Shown piece by piece: positions 51,709-63,481 of a stretch of DNA of 64,000 nt. The notes under the pieces were generated by a model, which saw nothing but the letters and a program-made list of their open reading frames with translations, was not told the origin of the DNA and ran no database searches. Within the stretch, counting starts at the first letter, position 1. Every line of letters begins with the position of its first letter. The position numbers and the translations under genes are program-made. The DNA is from Actinomycetota bacterium (GTDB lineage: Bacteria > Actinomycetota > Acidimicrobiia > Spongiisociales > UBA4744), in contig JAADGS010000063.1 of assembly GCA_013152275.1 (NCBI GenBank), positions 1 through 64,000 of the forward strand. Reading direction: 5' to 3'.

Positions 51709-51944
51709 ATCTTCTGCGCCTTCTGCAGGTGGCGAAGCGCCACCATACCGACCGCCAGCGCCGTAAACCAGACCCCCGAGACCACAATGTCCTGGACGGC
51801 TCTCGGGGCGCCGGAGATCGGGGCCACCTTGAACAGCACCGAAGGCAACCACACGGTCATGAGGAAGAAGGAGAAGAACAGGACGAAGGCGCGCGCATAC
51901 GCGCCTTTCCAGGTGAACGATTCGTGACCCGGTTTCACGACCAT
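51705..51944 (-). CDS. Small two-TM membrane protein homologous to the NarI C-terminal extension
   Basis: 79 aa, GGAAGG RBS, ATGA overlap with flavoprotein start, TVWLPS...SGAPR.VQD motif shared with NarI tail. Confidence 0.82.
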   Translation of the reverse strand: MVVKPGHESFTWKGAYARAFVLFFSFFLMTVWLPSVLFKVAPISGAPRAVQDIVVSGVWFTALAVGMVALRHLQKAQKI

Positions 51945-52095
51945 GACCACGAATCCTTCCGAGCGGACGAGGGCTGTGAAACTACCCGACGGGACCCGAA
52001 GCCACCGGCCTCTCGATGCACCGCACCGTTGCACTCGAAGAGAACTTCCACCGTGGATGCGAGCAACATCAAGCGGACCATCGGTTCTCTCCCTC

Positions 52096-52113
52096 TCGTG
52101 AACGCGTGCATCA
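52096..52113 (-). promoter_or_regulatory. Candidate Rex operator overlapping a -10 element
   Basis: Minus strand TGATGCACGCGTTCACGA, 15/18 match to TTGTGCACGCGTTCACAA, overlapping TATGAT. Confidence 0.55.
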
Positions 52114-52308
52114 TATCCCCGTGTCTGACCGTACCTCTGGCTGTCGTCTTCGAGCGCTCGGGAACTCGCAGATTCGAGCCGGCCATCCGAGCCTACCGCG
52201 CAACGGATCATCAGCGAACTCGAATACTATGACACGAGGATCCTTATTGATAAGATCCACCAATCCCTAGGCGATAACGGGGTCGAGGGAATAATGATCG
52301 GAGGGATC

Positions 52309-53784
52309 ATGAGACGGACCCGCCTTTTCGCCGTGCTGTTTGTGTTCACACTTGTCGCTGCCGCCTGTTCGAGTACAGCCGAGACGACAACGACCACGAC
52401 ACCGGTACAGACGACGACAACGACGAAAGCCGCCACCACGACAACCGCCATGAAGGTCGCCCAAGGAGATGTCGTCAAAGGCGGCCTCTTGTACGACAAG
52501 TGGTGGAAAGCCCTCGGTATCGACGAGCCATCCGGCGACATGCCACTGTGGGCAACCCAGAGTACGAATACCCGATCCGGAGCCGCCACCTGGCGCTGCA
52601 AAGAGTGCCACGGCTGGGACTACAAGGGCGCCGAGGGTGTCTATGCCTCCGGTTCCCACGCGACCGGATTCCCCGGAATCTGGGATGCGCGGTCCAAGTC
52701 GTATGACGATTTGAAGGCCATCCTCACGACGGGGGATCACGATTTCTCCGTGATGGGCGACGCAGCCCTGGAGGACTTGATCACGTTCGTCCAACAGGGC
52801 CTCGTGGACACGTCGAAGTACATCAACGCCGACAAGACCCTCATCGGGGCCGATCCCGACCGAGGCGACGGACTCTTCGACAGTGCCTGTGCGGCCTGTC
52901 ACGGTGCGGACGGCACGACGATCAATTTCGGTTCTGACGAAGAGCCCGAGTTCGTGGGTACCGTCGCATCGGACAACCCGTGGGAAGCGCTTCACAAGAT
53001 TCGCGTCGGCCAGCCGGGCGCGGCGATGCCGGCGGCGCTGAACGGCGACTGGACCATCCAGGACATGATCGACGTCATTGGCCATGCCCAGACGTTCCCC
53101 ACCGAGAAGACCGGGGAGGATCTGAGCGCAATAGCGTTGGGCGGCAGACTCTACGACAAGTGGTTCAAAGTCGCGGGCGTGGACGCGCCCGACGGCGACA
53201 TGCCGCTGTGGGCAAACCAGTCCACGAACACCCGTAGCGGCGCCGATACCTGGCGCTGCAAAGAGTGCCACGGCTGGGACTACAAGGGTGCCGACGGTGT
53301 CTATGCCTCCGGTTCCCACGCGACCGGATTCCCCGGAGTCTGGGATGCACGAGACTGGACCAGCGAACAGATCGTTGCCCAGATCTCCGGCAAGAACGAC
53401 CCGAATCACGACTTCTCGCCGTATCTGTCCCATGACCAGCTGCACGCACTCGCCGTGTTCATCACCAACGGCATGTTCGACAAGTCGACGCTGTTCGATC
53501 CGGCCACGAAGACACCCACGGCAGGCGATGCCGCCGAAGGGAAGAAGCTCTACGACGCAGGATGCGCGGCGTGCCACGGTGCGGACGGCACGCAGATCAA
53601 CTTCGGTGACGACGCCGAACCCGAGTATGTGGGGACGGTCATGGTCGACAACCCGTGGGAAGGTTCGCACAAGATCATGTTCGGCCAGCCCGGAACCGGT
53701 ATGCCGACCGGGATCGAGAGCGGCTTGAGCATCGAGCAGCTTCTCGACCTGATCAAGTACATGCAGACGTTCCCGACCAGCTAG
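52309..53784 (+). CDS. Tetraheme cytochrome c lipoprotein with tandem diheme repeats
   Basis: Lipobox AAAC, Thr-rich linker, (CKECH + CAACH) x2 at 220-aa spacing. Confidence 0.9.
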   Translation: MRRTRLFAVLFVFTLVAAACSSTAETTTTTTPVQTTTTTKAATTTTAMKVAQGDVVKGGLLYDKWWKALGIDEPSGDMPLWATQSTNTRSGAATWRCKECHGWDYKGAEGVYASGSHATGFPGIWDARSKSYDDLKAILTTGDHDFSVMGDAALEDLITFVQQGLVDTSKYINADKTLIGADPDRGDGLFDSACAACHGADGTTINFGSDEEPEFVGTVASDNPWEALHKIRVGQPGAAMPAALNGDWTIQDMIDVIGHAQTFPTEKTGEDLSAIALGGRLYDKWFKVAGVDAPDGDMPLWANQSTNTRSGADTWRCKECHGWDYKGADGVYASGSHATGFPGVWDARDWTSEQIVAQISGKNDPNHDFSPYLSHDQLHALAVFITNGMFDKSTLFDPATKTPTAGDAAEGKKLYDAGCAACHGADGTQINFGDDAEPEYVGTVMVDNPWEGSHKIMFGQPGTGMPTGIESGLSIEQLLDLIKYMQTFPTS

Positions 53785-53808
53785 AGACCCTCGCCAACAT
53801 CGACAATT

Positions 53809-53834
53809 GCGGCCCCCGGATTGCCGGGGGCCGC
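53809..53834 (+). terminator. Probable intrinsic terminator
   Basis: GCGGCCCCCGG-ATTG-CCGGGGGCCGC followed by TGCTTT. Confidence 0.65.
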
Positions 53835-53854
53835 TGCTTTGGTAACGTCGCCCC

Positions 53855-54427
53855 ATGGCACTCGGAGTCATCCTCGCCGGCGGAATGTCACGACGCATGG
53901 GAACCGACAAGGCACTCGTCGACGTGGCCGGACGCCCCATGGTCGAATGGGTTGCCGCAGCACTCCACCGCGTGTGTGACACGACGATCGTCGTCGGCCG
54001 CGAGGATCTCGATGGCCTGCGATGTGTGCCGGACACACAGACGCGCGTTCGTGGCCCGCTCGCCGGCCTCGTGACTGCGCTCGGGTCGGCGCACGGCCAG
54101 GCCGTCCTACTGGTTGCAGTGGACCAACCCTTCCTTCGATCCCAGACGATGCAGAGGCTGCTCGACCTGGCTTCGAACGAGGCAGTGGTACCGATCGATG
54201 GAGCCAGGCAGGTGACCTGCGCCGTCTATCCGGCCTCCTGGGCATCCGAGACGATCGACGAGGTCGAATCCGGCGGCTCGATCCAGTCGCTCCTCGACCG
54301 GCTGGCACATCGCCGGGTCGAAGAATCGGAGTGGCGCGCGTGGGACGAGGATGGGCGCTCCTGGTTCAGCGTCGACACTTCCGGGGCACTGACCGAAGGC
54401 CTGGCCCGGTACGGGCCCCCCGGATAG
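53855..54427 (+). CDS. mobA: Molybdenum cofactor guanylyltransferase
   Basis: ILAGGMSRRMGTDKA, GPLAGL, AVDQP. Confidence 0.9.
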   Translation: MALGVILAGGMSRRMGTDKALVDVAGRPMVEWVAAALHRVCDTTIVVGREDLDGLRCVPDTQTRVRGPLAGLVTALGSAHGQAVLLVAVDQPFLRSQTMQRLLDLASNEAVVPIDGARQVTCAVYPASWASETIDEVESGGSIQSLLDRLAHRRVEESEWRAWDEDGRSWFSVDTSGALTEGLARYGPPG

Positions 54428-54507
54428 CAGCCGGCAGGGACACTCGCCCCGGTTGCCCACTCCCACGCCGGGTACCGGATACGAAGCACGGGCAGGCGAA
54501 GCCTGGC

Positions 54508-55530
54508 CTATCCCCCGATATAGCTCATCTCCACTCTGGGCAGGTCCGAGGTCCGCGACGAGCGGAGTTCCGAGTATCGGTCATCACGGCGCTCCCATAG
54601 ACGTGTGATCTGCGCCGAGATCTCGTCATCGGACGCGCCGGACCGCAGTGGGGACCGCAGATCACGACCAGTCGTCGCGAACAGGCATGTGTACAGCGAC
54701 CCGTCGGCCGAGACCCGAACCCTCGTGCACGAGCCACAAAACGGCATCGTGACGGAAGCGATCACCCCGATCTCACCACCACCGTCGACGTAGCGAAAGC
54801 GCCTGGCGACCTCTCCCGGGTAACGCGGCGCCAGCGCTTCGATTGGATAGACCGCATCGACCGTCTCGATGATCTCGCCGGCGGGTACCACGTCATCGAG
54901 ACGCCAGCCGTTCGTGCCTCCCACGTCCATGTACTCGATGAACCGCAGGATGTGACCCGTGCCCCGGAACTCTCGTGCCATGTCGACGATCGTATGATCG
55001 TTGATACCACGTTGGATCACGGCGTTGATCTTCACCGGTCCCAGTCCGACCTCTGCTGCGACGTTGATCCCGTCCAGAACCCTGGCGACAGGAAAGTCGA
55101 CGTCATTCATCGCACGGAACACGGTGTCATCCAGCGAATCGAGACTGACGGACACCCGATCGAGACCGGCGTCCTTCAAGTCGGCCGCATGCTGGGCCAA
55201 GAGAGCCCCGTTTGTCGTCAGGGTGAGATCATCGATTCCATCGATCGCACTCAGGCCGGCAATCAGATGACCCAGATTCCTCCGCAGTAGCGGTTCGCCA
55301 CCGGTGATACGAACCTTGCGAACCCCGAGTCCGGCGAAGATCCGCACCAACCGCTCGATCTCCTCGAGGCTGAGCAGGAGATCCCGGCTGAGAAACTCCC
55401 ACTCCCGATTGAAGATCTCCTTCGGCATGCAATACGTGCAACGAAAGTTGCAGCGGTCGGTGACCGAGATACGCAGATCTCGAAGGCATCGCTCAAACGT
55501 GTCCGCTATGGCAGTACGGTCATCAGTCAT
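54508..55530 (-). CDS. moaA: GTP 3',8-cyclase
   Basis: [25 protein letters not shown]...TC, C-terminal IGG. Confidence 0.96.
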   Translation of the reverse strand: MTDDRTAIADTFERCLRDLRISVTDRCNFRCTYCMPKEIFNREWEFLSRDLLLSLEEIERLVRIFAGLGVRKVRITGGEPLLRRNLGHLIAGLSAIDGIDDLTLTTNGALLAQHAADLKDAGLDRVSVSLDSLDDTVFRAMNDVDFPVARVLDGINVAAEVGLGPVKINAVIQRGINDHTIVDMAREFRGTGHILRFIEYMDVGGTNGWRLDDVVPAGEIIETVDAVYPIEALAPRYPGEVARRFRYVDGGGEIGVIASVTMPFCGSCTRVRVSADGSLYTCLFATTGRDLRSPLRSGASDDEISAQITRLWERRDDRYSELRSSRTSDLPRVEMSYIGG

Positions 55531-55542
55531 CAGTCATCAGTC
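55518..55542. repeat. Heptamer tandem repeat over the moaA start
   Basis: GGTCATC AGTCATC AGTCATC AGTC. Confidence 0.7.
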
Positions 55543-55731
55543 TATGTTCGGACCGCAGTATGCAGATCCGATCCGCCTGCGGCAAAACGCCCAGCGCCTT
55601 GGCCGGTGACATTCGTGGTGTCGATGCCGAGGCAGGGGCGTCGGGTCGACACGGATCGACCCGTCCCATTCGTTCGAGTCGAGTTGTCGGGTCGATCCGA
55701 TGTCGATCGCAAGACCCGCACAACGACGGCG

Positions 55732-56631
55732 CTAGATCCTGGCGGTCCGTTGTGCCCAGCGCAGACCGAAGATCACGAAGGCCAGCAGGACCAGCCAGGT
55801 ACCGCTGGCCGCGAGATCCTGCACCAGACGCGGGGCGCCCGACAGCGCCGAGCTCTCCAGCAGCGCCGAGGGCAGCCAGACGGTACCGACTGCGAAGACA
55901 ACGACGATGAGCACACCCCGCAGCCAGGCCGAGCCCCAGCTGATCCCCGACAGCCTCGGGACTTCTCTCCGCACCCAGACGACGATCTGCCACGGCCGTA
56001 TCAGGTATCCGAGCGGCACCGTGATGATGTGTACCAGCCGGGAGAAGGGGAAGAGCGCGAGGAAGACGAAGAACAACACGACGTGCGTCTGCGTAATGAA
56101 CGGCATCGAAGCCAACAGATCCGCACGGGGCTGAAGCGACAGCAGTGAGCGCACGTAGGGGACCATCACGCCGAGCCCCCACACCGACCCGAACCGGTAC
56201 AACACCGCGGTCAGCACTCCAGTGAGCACCTGGAAGCCGACAAGTGTCAGCACGATGCCATCCATCAATGAGGTCACCGCGCGGACTCTGTGCTCCGTCA
56301 GACGTCGATACCCGAGCACGAGCAGCCCACCGAGTGCCCAAACGCCGAGAGCGAACCCCGTGGCCTCCAGCAGGTAGAGGCGGACCGGAGCCCTATTCCA
56401 GACGAGGAATGTCTCCGGTACCACCAAGGCAACGAGGTGGGCGGTGAGGATGACCACGACCCCCCAGTGGAACGACACCGAGCCCCAGAAGAGCTTCTTG
56501 CGCTCCAGCAGTTGCGAGGACAATGACGACATGGTGAACGGACGGCGAACGGCACGATAGAACGTGCCGATCACCGCCACGGCGGTCGCCACGTACGGGA
56601 AGATCACGAACAACAACAGGTTCCAGTTCAT
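55732..56631 (-). CDS. narI: Respiratory nitrate reductase gamma subunit with C-terminal extension
   Basis: PY, SSQLLE, FHWG...H, H...FPFSRLVH, YLIRP.Q; then ~75 extra residues. Confidence 0.94.
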   Translation of the reverse strand: MNWNLLLFVIFPYVATAVAVIGTFYRAVRRPFTMSSLSSQLLERKKLFWGSVSFHWGVVVILTAHLVALVVPETFLVWNRAPVRLYLLEATGFALGVWALGGLLVLGYRRLTEHRVRAVTSLMDGIVLTLVGFQVLTGVLTAVLYRFGSVWGLGVMVPYVRSLLSLQPRADLLASMPFITQTHVVLFFVFLALFPFSRLVHIITVPLGYLIRPWQIVVWVRREVPRLSGISWGSAWLRGVLIVVVFAVGTVWLPSALLESSALSGAPRLVQDLAASGTWLVLLAFVIFGLRWAQRTARI

Positions 56632-57130
56632 GCGGCACCTCCAACGGGCATCGATACCGCCCTCGTCGCCTCGAGAAGGAAGCGGTAGGGGTTGTCGGGT
56701 TCGGCCTTGGCGAGCGCCTTCACCATCCGATCCAGGGCATTCGGAAAGATCTCGACCAGACCCGGCAGCGGCTCGGACGCCACGGCAAGGTAGCGCAGCA
56801 CGGGGTCGAGATGGTCCGACAGTTCTCCGAGCGGGTCGATCCCGGCTTCCTTCTCGACCCGCTGCATGTCTGCGAGGAACGCTCCTCGCTGGTAGCTGTC
56901 CTCCCAGATCACGTAGCCCACATAGGGAACGAACAGGGGCGAAAGGTCCAGCGTCCGGGTGTGCAGCTCCTCCCAGCCCTCCTGACCGAGAGATCCGATC
57001 ACGTCGACGAATCGACCGAAGTGGCGGCGAATCGACGAATCCTCGACCGAGCCCGCGGCCGACCGCAGGAACTCGAGACTTTCCGGGCCCGGATAGCGAA
57101 ACCCGGCGGCGAGCGCATCCAGATCGGTCA

Positions 57131-57134
<4 letters not shown>
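56628..57134 (-). CDS. narJ: Nitrate reductase assembly chaperone
   Basis: YP, TLDL...PYVG, RG, ELSDHL, NPY; between narH and narI. Confidence 0.88.
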
Positions 57135-58645
<1,511 letters not shown>

Positions 58646-58656
58646 GCGATTCCTCC

Positions 58657-61600
58657 TCAGTACTCGGGTCGATCGATTCGGCGCAGGTAGACGAAAGTGT
58701 CTCGGTTCACCCCGGTCGGACCCCAGTAGTTGAAGGAGTAGGTGAACTGGCCATATCCGCCGCTCATGAGCACGGGCTTCAACCGCGCTCGTGTCAACGA
58801 GTTGTTCATACCGGCTCTTCGCTTCCGCAAAGGAGAGATCGGGATGCCGACGGTGCGCTCGGTGGCGTGGTAGACGAATACGGCGCCTCGTGGAATGCGA
58901 GAAGACGTTACGCATCGCTGGACGAAGACGCCGTTGTCGTTGAACAGCTCCACCCAGTCGTTGTCGGTGATACCCAGTTCCGCGGCATCCTTGGCGTTCA
59001 GCCACACCGGGTAGCCGCCGCGAGACAGGGTCTTCATCCGGATGTTCTCGGAGTACGTCGAGTGGATACTCCACTTGCCGTGCGGAGTGATGTAGTTGAA
59101 GAGCTTCCCCTGGGCTTCGACCTTGACCCGCTCCGTCTCCAGCAACATCGTGTGGTCGGGTCGCGGTTTGAAGGTCGGAAGCGACTCACCCCAGGTCAGG
59201 TAATTCTCATGGTCAAGGTAGAAGTGCTGGCGTCCGGTCAGCGTGCGCCACGGGACATCACGTTCCACGTTCAGCGTGTAGGGACTGTATGCCCTGCCGT
59301 CGTTCACGATTCCGCTCCACGTCGGAGTCGTGAGCACCCTTCGCGGCTGGGCAACGATATCTGCGAACGTGGTTCGCGTGCTCCGCCGGCCATCGGCGAG
59401 ATCGACCAGGTCCAACCCCGTCTTGGCGCCTTCGGCCTCGAAAGCCCGATAGGCGAGTTCGCCGTTCGACGCAGGGTCGAGATGCAGAATGGCCTCGCAC
59501 ACCTGCCGATCGAACTCGAGCGAAGGGTACGGTCTGCCATTGAGCGCCTCGATCCCGATGGTTCGAGGCTGGCGCTCGATCAGCTGCCGGTAGAAGTCCG
59601 CGACAGGGAACTTGATCCCATGTGCGCCAACCCCGTTCTTCTCGATTCCCCGTCCGAGCGACACCATCCGTTCGTAGAGGCCGGTGTAGTCACGCTCAAC
59701 GACCTTGAACTTGGGCATCGTCTTGCCGGGAATCCCCTCGACCTCGCCCTTGGTCCAGTCGCGCGTGTCGGTCTGGGCGATCTCATCGACGGTGTCGTGC
59801 TGCAGCGGCAGCATGACGATGTCCTTCAGGGGACCCGACAGGTGAGCCTCTGCAAGTTCGGAGATCTTGTGAGCGATCGCCTTGTAGATCGCCCAATCCG
59901 ACTTCGACTCCCACGCCGGCGCCACCGCCGCCTGCATCGGGTTGATGAAACTGTGTAGGTCGGTCGTATTCAGATCGTCCTTCTCGTACCAGGTCGCCGC
60001 CGGAAGGACGATGTCCGAGTAGAGGGCGCTCGTGTCCATCCGGAAGTTCAGATCGACGATGAGGTCCATCTTGCCGATTGGCGCCTCGGGTCGGAACGTG
60101 ACCTCTTTCACCGAGTCGCCGGCGTGTTCTTCGGCGACTGCGTTCGAGTGCGTGCCGAGATAGTGGCGCAGGAAGTATTCGTGGCCCTTGGCGGAGGTGC
60201 CGATGGCGTTGCCCCGCCAGATGAACCAGGTTCGCGGCCAGTTCTCAGGGGCGTCCGGGTCGTCGATGGCAAACCGAATGTCGCCGGATTTGAGGCCCTC
60301 GACGACGAAGTCGATGATCTCGGCGTCGGTGGTCGCCCCTGCAGCCTGCGCCCTCCGGGCAAGGTCCAGCGAGTTCTCGCCGAACTGTGGAAAGAACGGC
60401 AGCCAACCCTTGTGGACGGCTCGCACCTGATGATCGATGGTGTGGTCGTCGAGACCGGCGTTCCCGGGCAGCGTGTCGTAGTCGGAGTAGCCCCGCTCGT
60501 AACGCCACTGGTCGCTGTGCACATAGTGAAACGAGGGCGTGTTCTGGTGACGGGGAACCATCCCCCAGTCCCCTCCGAAGGCGATCGGAGCCCACGAAGC
60601 ATGCGTCACGAGCTTCTCCTGCCCGACGTAGTGCGCCAGACCGCCGCCGTTGACGCCAACCGAGCCGGTGAGCATCAAGGCGGTGATCCCTGCCCGGTAC
60701 AGCAGGTTGTTGTGATACCAGTGGTTGACGCCGGCGCCGATGATGATCAGGTTCTTGCCCTTGGTCTGCTCCCCGTTTGCCAGCCACTCGCGGGCGAACC
60801 GGATGACGGTGTCACGATGGATGCCGGTCTGCGATTCCTGCCACGCAGGAGTGAACGGCGCCTCCACATCGTCGTACCCGGTCGCGTACGCTCCTCCGAG
60901 ACCGCGATCGACACCGAACTGGGCCATCATCAGGTCGAAGACGGTGGTGACGGCGACCCGACCTTCCTCGGTCTCGATGTACCGGACGGGCACGCCGCGT
61001 GTCCGGGTCGTCCCCTCCGCAAAGTCGTCGAAGGCGACCTGCTCGACGGCGTCGTGACGCTCGACGAACGTCAGGTCCGGATCGAGCGCCTCGCCGGTGG
61101 TCGCATCCTCCGGTTTGAGATTCCACTTGCCCTTTTCCTTGTCGGCCCACCGGAATCCGATCGTGCCCTTGGGCATACGAGGGCGGTTCGACGTGCGGTC
61201 CCACCAGAGCATCTTCCAGTCGCCATGCTCGGTGCCGGCGTACTCGGCGACACGACCGGCGCGCAGGTACTTCCCCGCCGTTCCACCGCTGATCTCGACG
61301 AGGAACGGCATGTCGGTGGTTCGCTTCACGTAGCTCGTGAAATACGGGACCTGGCGATCGGCATACGCCTCTTTGAGGATGACGTGATCGACGGCCAGCC
61401 AGAAGGCCGTGTCCTGCCCGGGATGGGCCGGGATCCACCAGTCGGCGTACTTGGCGACCTGGGAGAAGTCGGGGCTGAACACGGTGAGTTTCGCGCCCGC
61501 GTGCCGGACCTCGGCGATGAAGTGACAGTCGGGAGTCCGGGTCATGTTGAGGTTCGAACCGACCACGGCGATGAACCTCGAGTTGTACCAGTCGGCGGAT

Positions 61601-62271
61601 TCGGCCACGTCGGTCTGCTCACCCCACACTTCGGGAGAGGCCGGCGGCAGGTCGCAGTACCAGTCGTAGAAACTCATGACGACGCCGCCGAAGAGGGAGA
61701 GAAACCGGCTCCCCGAGGCGTAGCTGATCTGAGACATGGCAGGGATCGGAGAGAACCCGATGACACGGTCGGGGCCGTGCTTCTTCGCCGTGTGGACCGA
61801 TGACGCGGCAGCGATCTCGAGCGCCTCGTCCCAGCGGATGCGGCGGAACCCGCCCTTGCCCCGCGCCTGCTGGATCCGGCTGCGCTTCTCGGGATCCGCC
61901 ATGATCGATGCCCATGCGTCCACCGGGTCGTTGTGCAGCCGCCTGGCGGCGCGCCACAGGTCGATGAGTGCCCCGCGAGCATACGGATACTTGACGCGAA
62001 TCGGGCTGTACAGGTACCACGAGAAGGAGATCCCCCGTTGGCACCCTCTCGGCTCGTACGGTGGAAGGCCGTCTTCGAGACGCGGATAATCGGTGGCCTG
62101 CAACTCCCAGGTCACGATGCCGTCCTTGACGAACACCTCCCAGGAACAACTCCCCGTGCAGTTCACCCCGTGGGTGGTGCGCACCCGCTTGTCGTGCTGG
62201 AAGCGGTTTCGGTAGAACTCCTCCCACTTGCGCTCCGCCGGAGCGACTTTCTCTTGCGTCCAATCCTTCAT
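58657..62271 (-). CDS. narG: Respiratory nitrate reductase alpha subunit (cytoplasm-facing, no Tat signal)
   Basis: [10 protein letters not shown] (FS0), [36 protein letters not shown]; start MKDW at 62271. Confidence 0.97.
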   Translation of the reverse strand: MKDWTQEKVAPAERKWEEFYRNRFQHDKRVRTTHGVNCTGSCSWEVFVKDGIVTWELQATDYPRLEDGLPPYEPRGCQRGISFSWYLYSPIRVKYPYARGALIDLWRAARRLHNDPVDAWASIMADPEKRSRIQQARGKGGFRRIRWDEALEIAAASSVHTAKKHGPDRVIGFSPIPAMSQISYASGSRFLSLFGGVVMSFYDWYCDLPPASPEVWGEQTDVAESADWYNSRFIAVVGSNLNMTRTPDCHFIAEVRHAGAKLTVFSPDFSQVAKYADWWIPAHPGQDTAFWLAVDHVILKEAYADRQVPYFTSYVKRTTDMPFLVEISGGTAGKYLRAGRVAEYAGTEHGDWKMLWWDRTSNRPRMPKGTIGFRWADKEKGKWNLKPEDATTGEALDPDLTFVERHDAVEQVAFDDFAEGTTRTRGVPVRYIETEEGRVAVTTVFDLMMAQFGVDRGLGGAYATGYDDVEAPFTPAWQESQTGIHRDTVIRFAREWLANGEQTKGKNLIIIGAGVNHWYHNNLLYRAGITALMLTGSVGVNGGGLAHYVGQEKLVTHASWAPIAFGGDWGMVPRHQNTPSFHYVHSDQWRYERGYSDYDTLPGNAGLDDHTIDHQVRAVHKGWLPFFPQFGENSLDLARRAQAAGATTDAEIIDFVVEGLKSGDIRFAIDDPDAPENWPRTWFIWRGNAIGTSAKGHEYFLRHYLGTHSNAVAEEHAGDSVKEVTFRPEAPIGKMDLIVDLNFRMDTSALYSDIVLPAATWYEKDDLNTTDLHSFINPMQAAVAPAWESKSDWAIYKAIAHKISELAEAHLSGPLKDIVMLPLQHDTVDEIAQTDTRDWTKGEVEGIPGKTMPKFKVVERDYTGLYERMVSLGRGIEKNGVGAHGIKFPVADFYRQLIERQPRTIGIEALNGRPYPSLEFDRQVCEAILHLDPASNGELAYRAFEAEGAKTGLDLVDLADGRRSTRTTFADIVAQPRRVLTTPTWSGIVNDGRAYSPYTLNVERDVPWRTLTGRQHFYLDHENYLTWGESLPTFKPRPDHTMLLETERVKVEAQGKLFNYITPHGKWSIHSTYSENIRMKTLSRGGYPVWLNAKDAAELGITDNDWVELFNDNGVFVQRCVTSSRIPRGAVFVYHATERTVGIPISPLRKRRAGMNNSLTRARLKPVLMSGGYGQFTYSFNYWGPTGVNRDTFVYLRRIDRPEY

Positions 62272-63074
62272 CGCCCGCTCCTCAGTCGTTCCACATAACT
62301 CGTCCGTGATCTCCTGAATATCAACATCACCCCGAACAACACCACTGCACCGATCACACCCAGGACCAACAGCAGATCGACCCCGCCCGACGAAGGCTGT
62401 GTCGTCGCGAAGTATGCGGCGAGGTCGGCCCGCTCCGCGTCCGTGAAGGGGCTCGCCCCGAACACCGGTTGCATCGTCGGGGACGGCGGGTTGGCCAGGA
62501 CGGCGAAGACACCGTCGGTGCCTCCGAATCGAGCAGACAGGTCGGTGAGGTCCGGTCCCAGCGTGCTGCCACCGAGGTTGGTGTGGCTGCCTGCACTGTG
62601 ACATGCGATGCAGGCCGGTCCGCCTCCGTCCAGCCGCTGCACACCGACGAAGATCGCCTCGCCACGCTCGGCGGAGCCGGTCACGGCCGCCGCGGTCGGC
62701 ACGGTTACACCCGCGGTAGTAGTGGTCCCGGCCGGCGACCCTTGCAGATCACCCTGCACGTGACCGATCAGCGCGGCGATGTCTGCGTCGCTCAGTGAGG
62801 AGAACGGAGGCATGACGCCGTCGTATTGGACTCCGAGCACCTCGATCGGCCCCGAAAGCCCCCCGGTGATCACGGTGCGCACGAACTCGGCATCCTGAAC
62901 TGCCGGGTTGCCGGCGAGAGGGGGGAACGATCCTGCAACGCCTTCGCCGGTGGGACCGTGGCACGCCGCACAATTCGTCTGGTAGATGGTGGCGCCGTCG
63001 GGTTCGGCGGCCGAGGCCGCAGGCACGACGGCCATCGTCATGAACAGCGTCGCCGCGACGAGGTAGCGGATCAT
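62268..63074 (-). CDS. Diheme cytochrome c, NarC-like
   Basis: Signal peptide, CAACH and CIACH, C-terminal TM anchor, ATGA-coupled to narG. Confidence 0.85.
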   Translation of the reverse strand: MIRYLVAATLFMTMAVVPAASAAEPDGATIYQTNCAACHGPTGEGVAGSFPPLAGNPAVQDAEFVRTVITGGLSGPIEVLGVQYDGVMPPFSSLSDADIAALIGHVQGDLQGSPAGTTTTAGVTVPTAAAVTGSAERGEAIFVGVQRLDGGGPACIACHSAGSHTNLGGSTLGPDLTDLSARFGGTDGVFAVLANPPSPTMQPVFGASPFTDAERADLAAYFATTQPSSGGVDLLLVLGVIGAVVLFGVMLIFRRSRTSYVERLRSGR

Positions 63075-63481
63075 GGATGGACTCCTTCCTCGATGTCCGA
63101 GATCTTGGTGTTCGCGAGTTCGGCCAAGAGGGCGTCACGGGCCCGACTCCATGCATCGTGCAAGGCGCAATGCTCGGTCACCGGACAGGGGGTTCCTCTC
63201 AGCACGCAGCTGCCGTCGACGGTCGGGCCCTCGACCGCCTCGATGAGATTCAGCAACGAAATCTCCGACGTGTTCGTATCCAGCCGGTAGCCCCCTGTAG
63301 GGCCCGGCTCGGAGACCACCCAGCCCTTCACTACCAGCGGCTTCATCACCTGGGCGATGAATGGAGCCGTGGTCCCGATGATCCCGGCCAGGTCTGCGCC
63401 CTTGACGAGACCATCGGTGTGATCGAGCTCGAGTACTGCCTTCAATGCGAGATCGGCTTTCTTCGTGATCTCGAGCCGCAT
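63071..63481 (-). CDS. Rrf2-family transcriptional regulator
   Basis: GPTGGYRL, ISLL.LIEAVEG, C-x5-C-x5-C-x2-H. Confidence 0.92.
   Translation of the reverse strand: MRLEITKKADLALKAVLELDHTDGLVKGADLAGIIGTTAPFIAQVMKPLVVKGWVVSEPGPTGGYRLDTNTSEISLLNLIEAVEGPTVDGSCVLRGTPCPVTEHCALHDAWSRARDALLAELANTKISDIEEGVHP

Noticed and set aside
55543..55731. Moco riboswitch upstream of moaA
   Set aside because: Only local CGGGTCGA/TCGACCCG inverted repeats; conserved Moco-RNA motifs not found by eye (an Rfam scan would settle it)
58657..62271. Periplasmic nitrite oxidoreductase or perchlorate reductase
   Set aside because: No Tat signal, and narJ, narI and narK are present; a cytoplasmic NXR cannot be fully excluded without phylogeny
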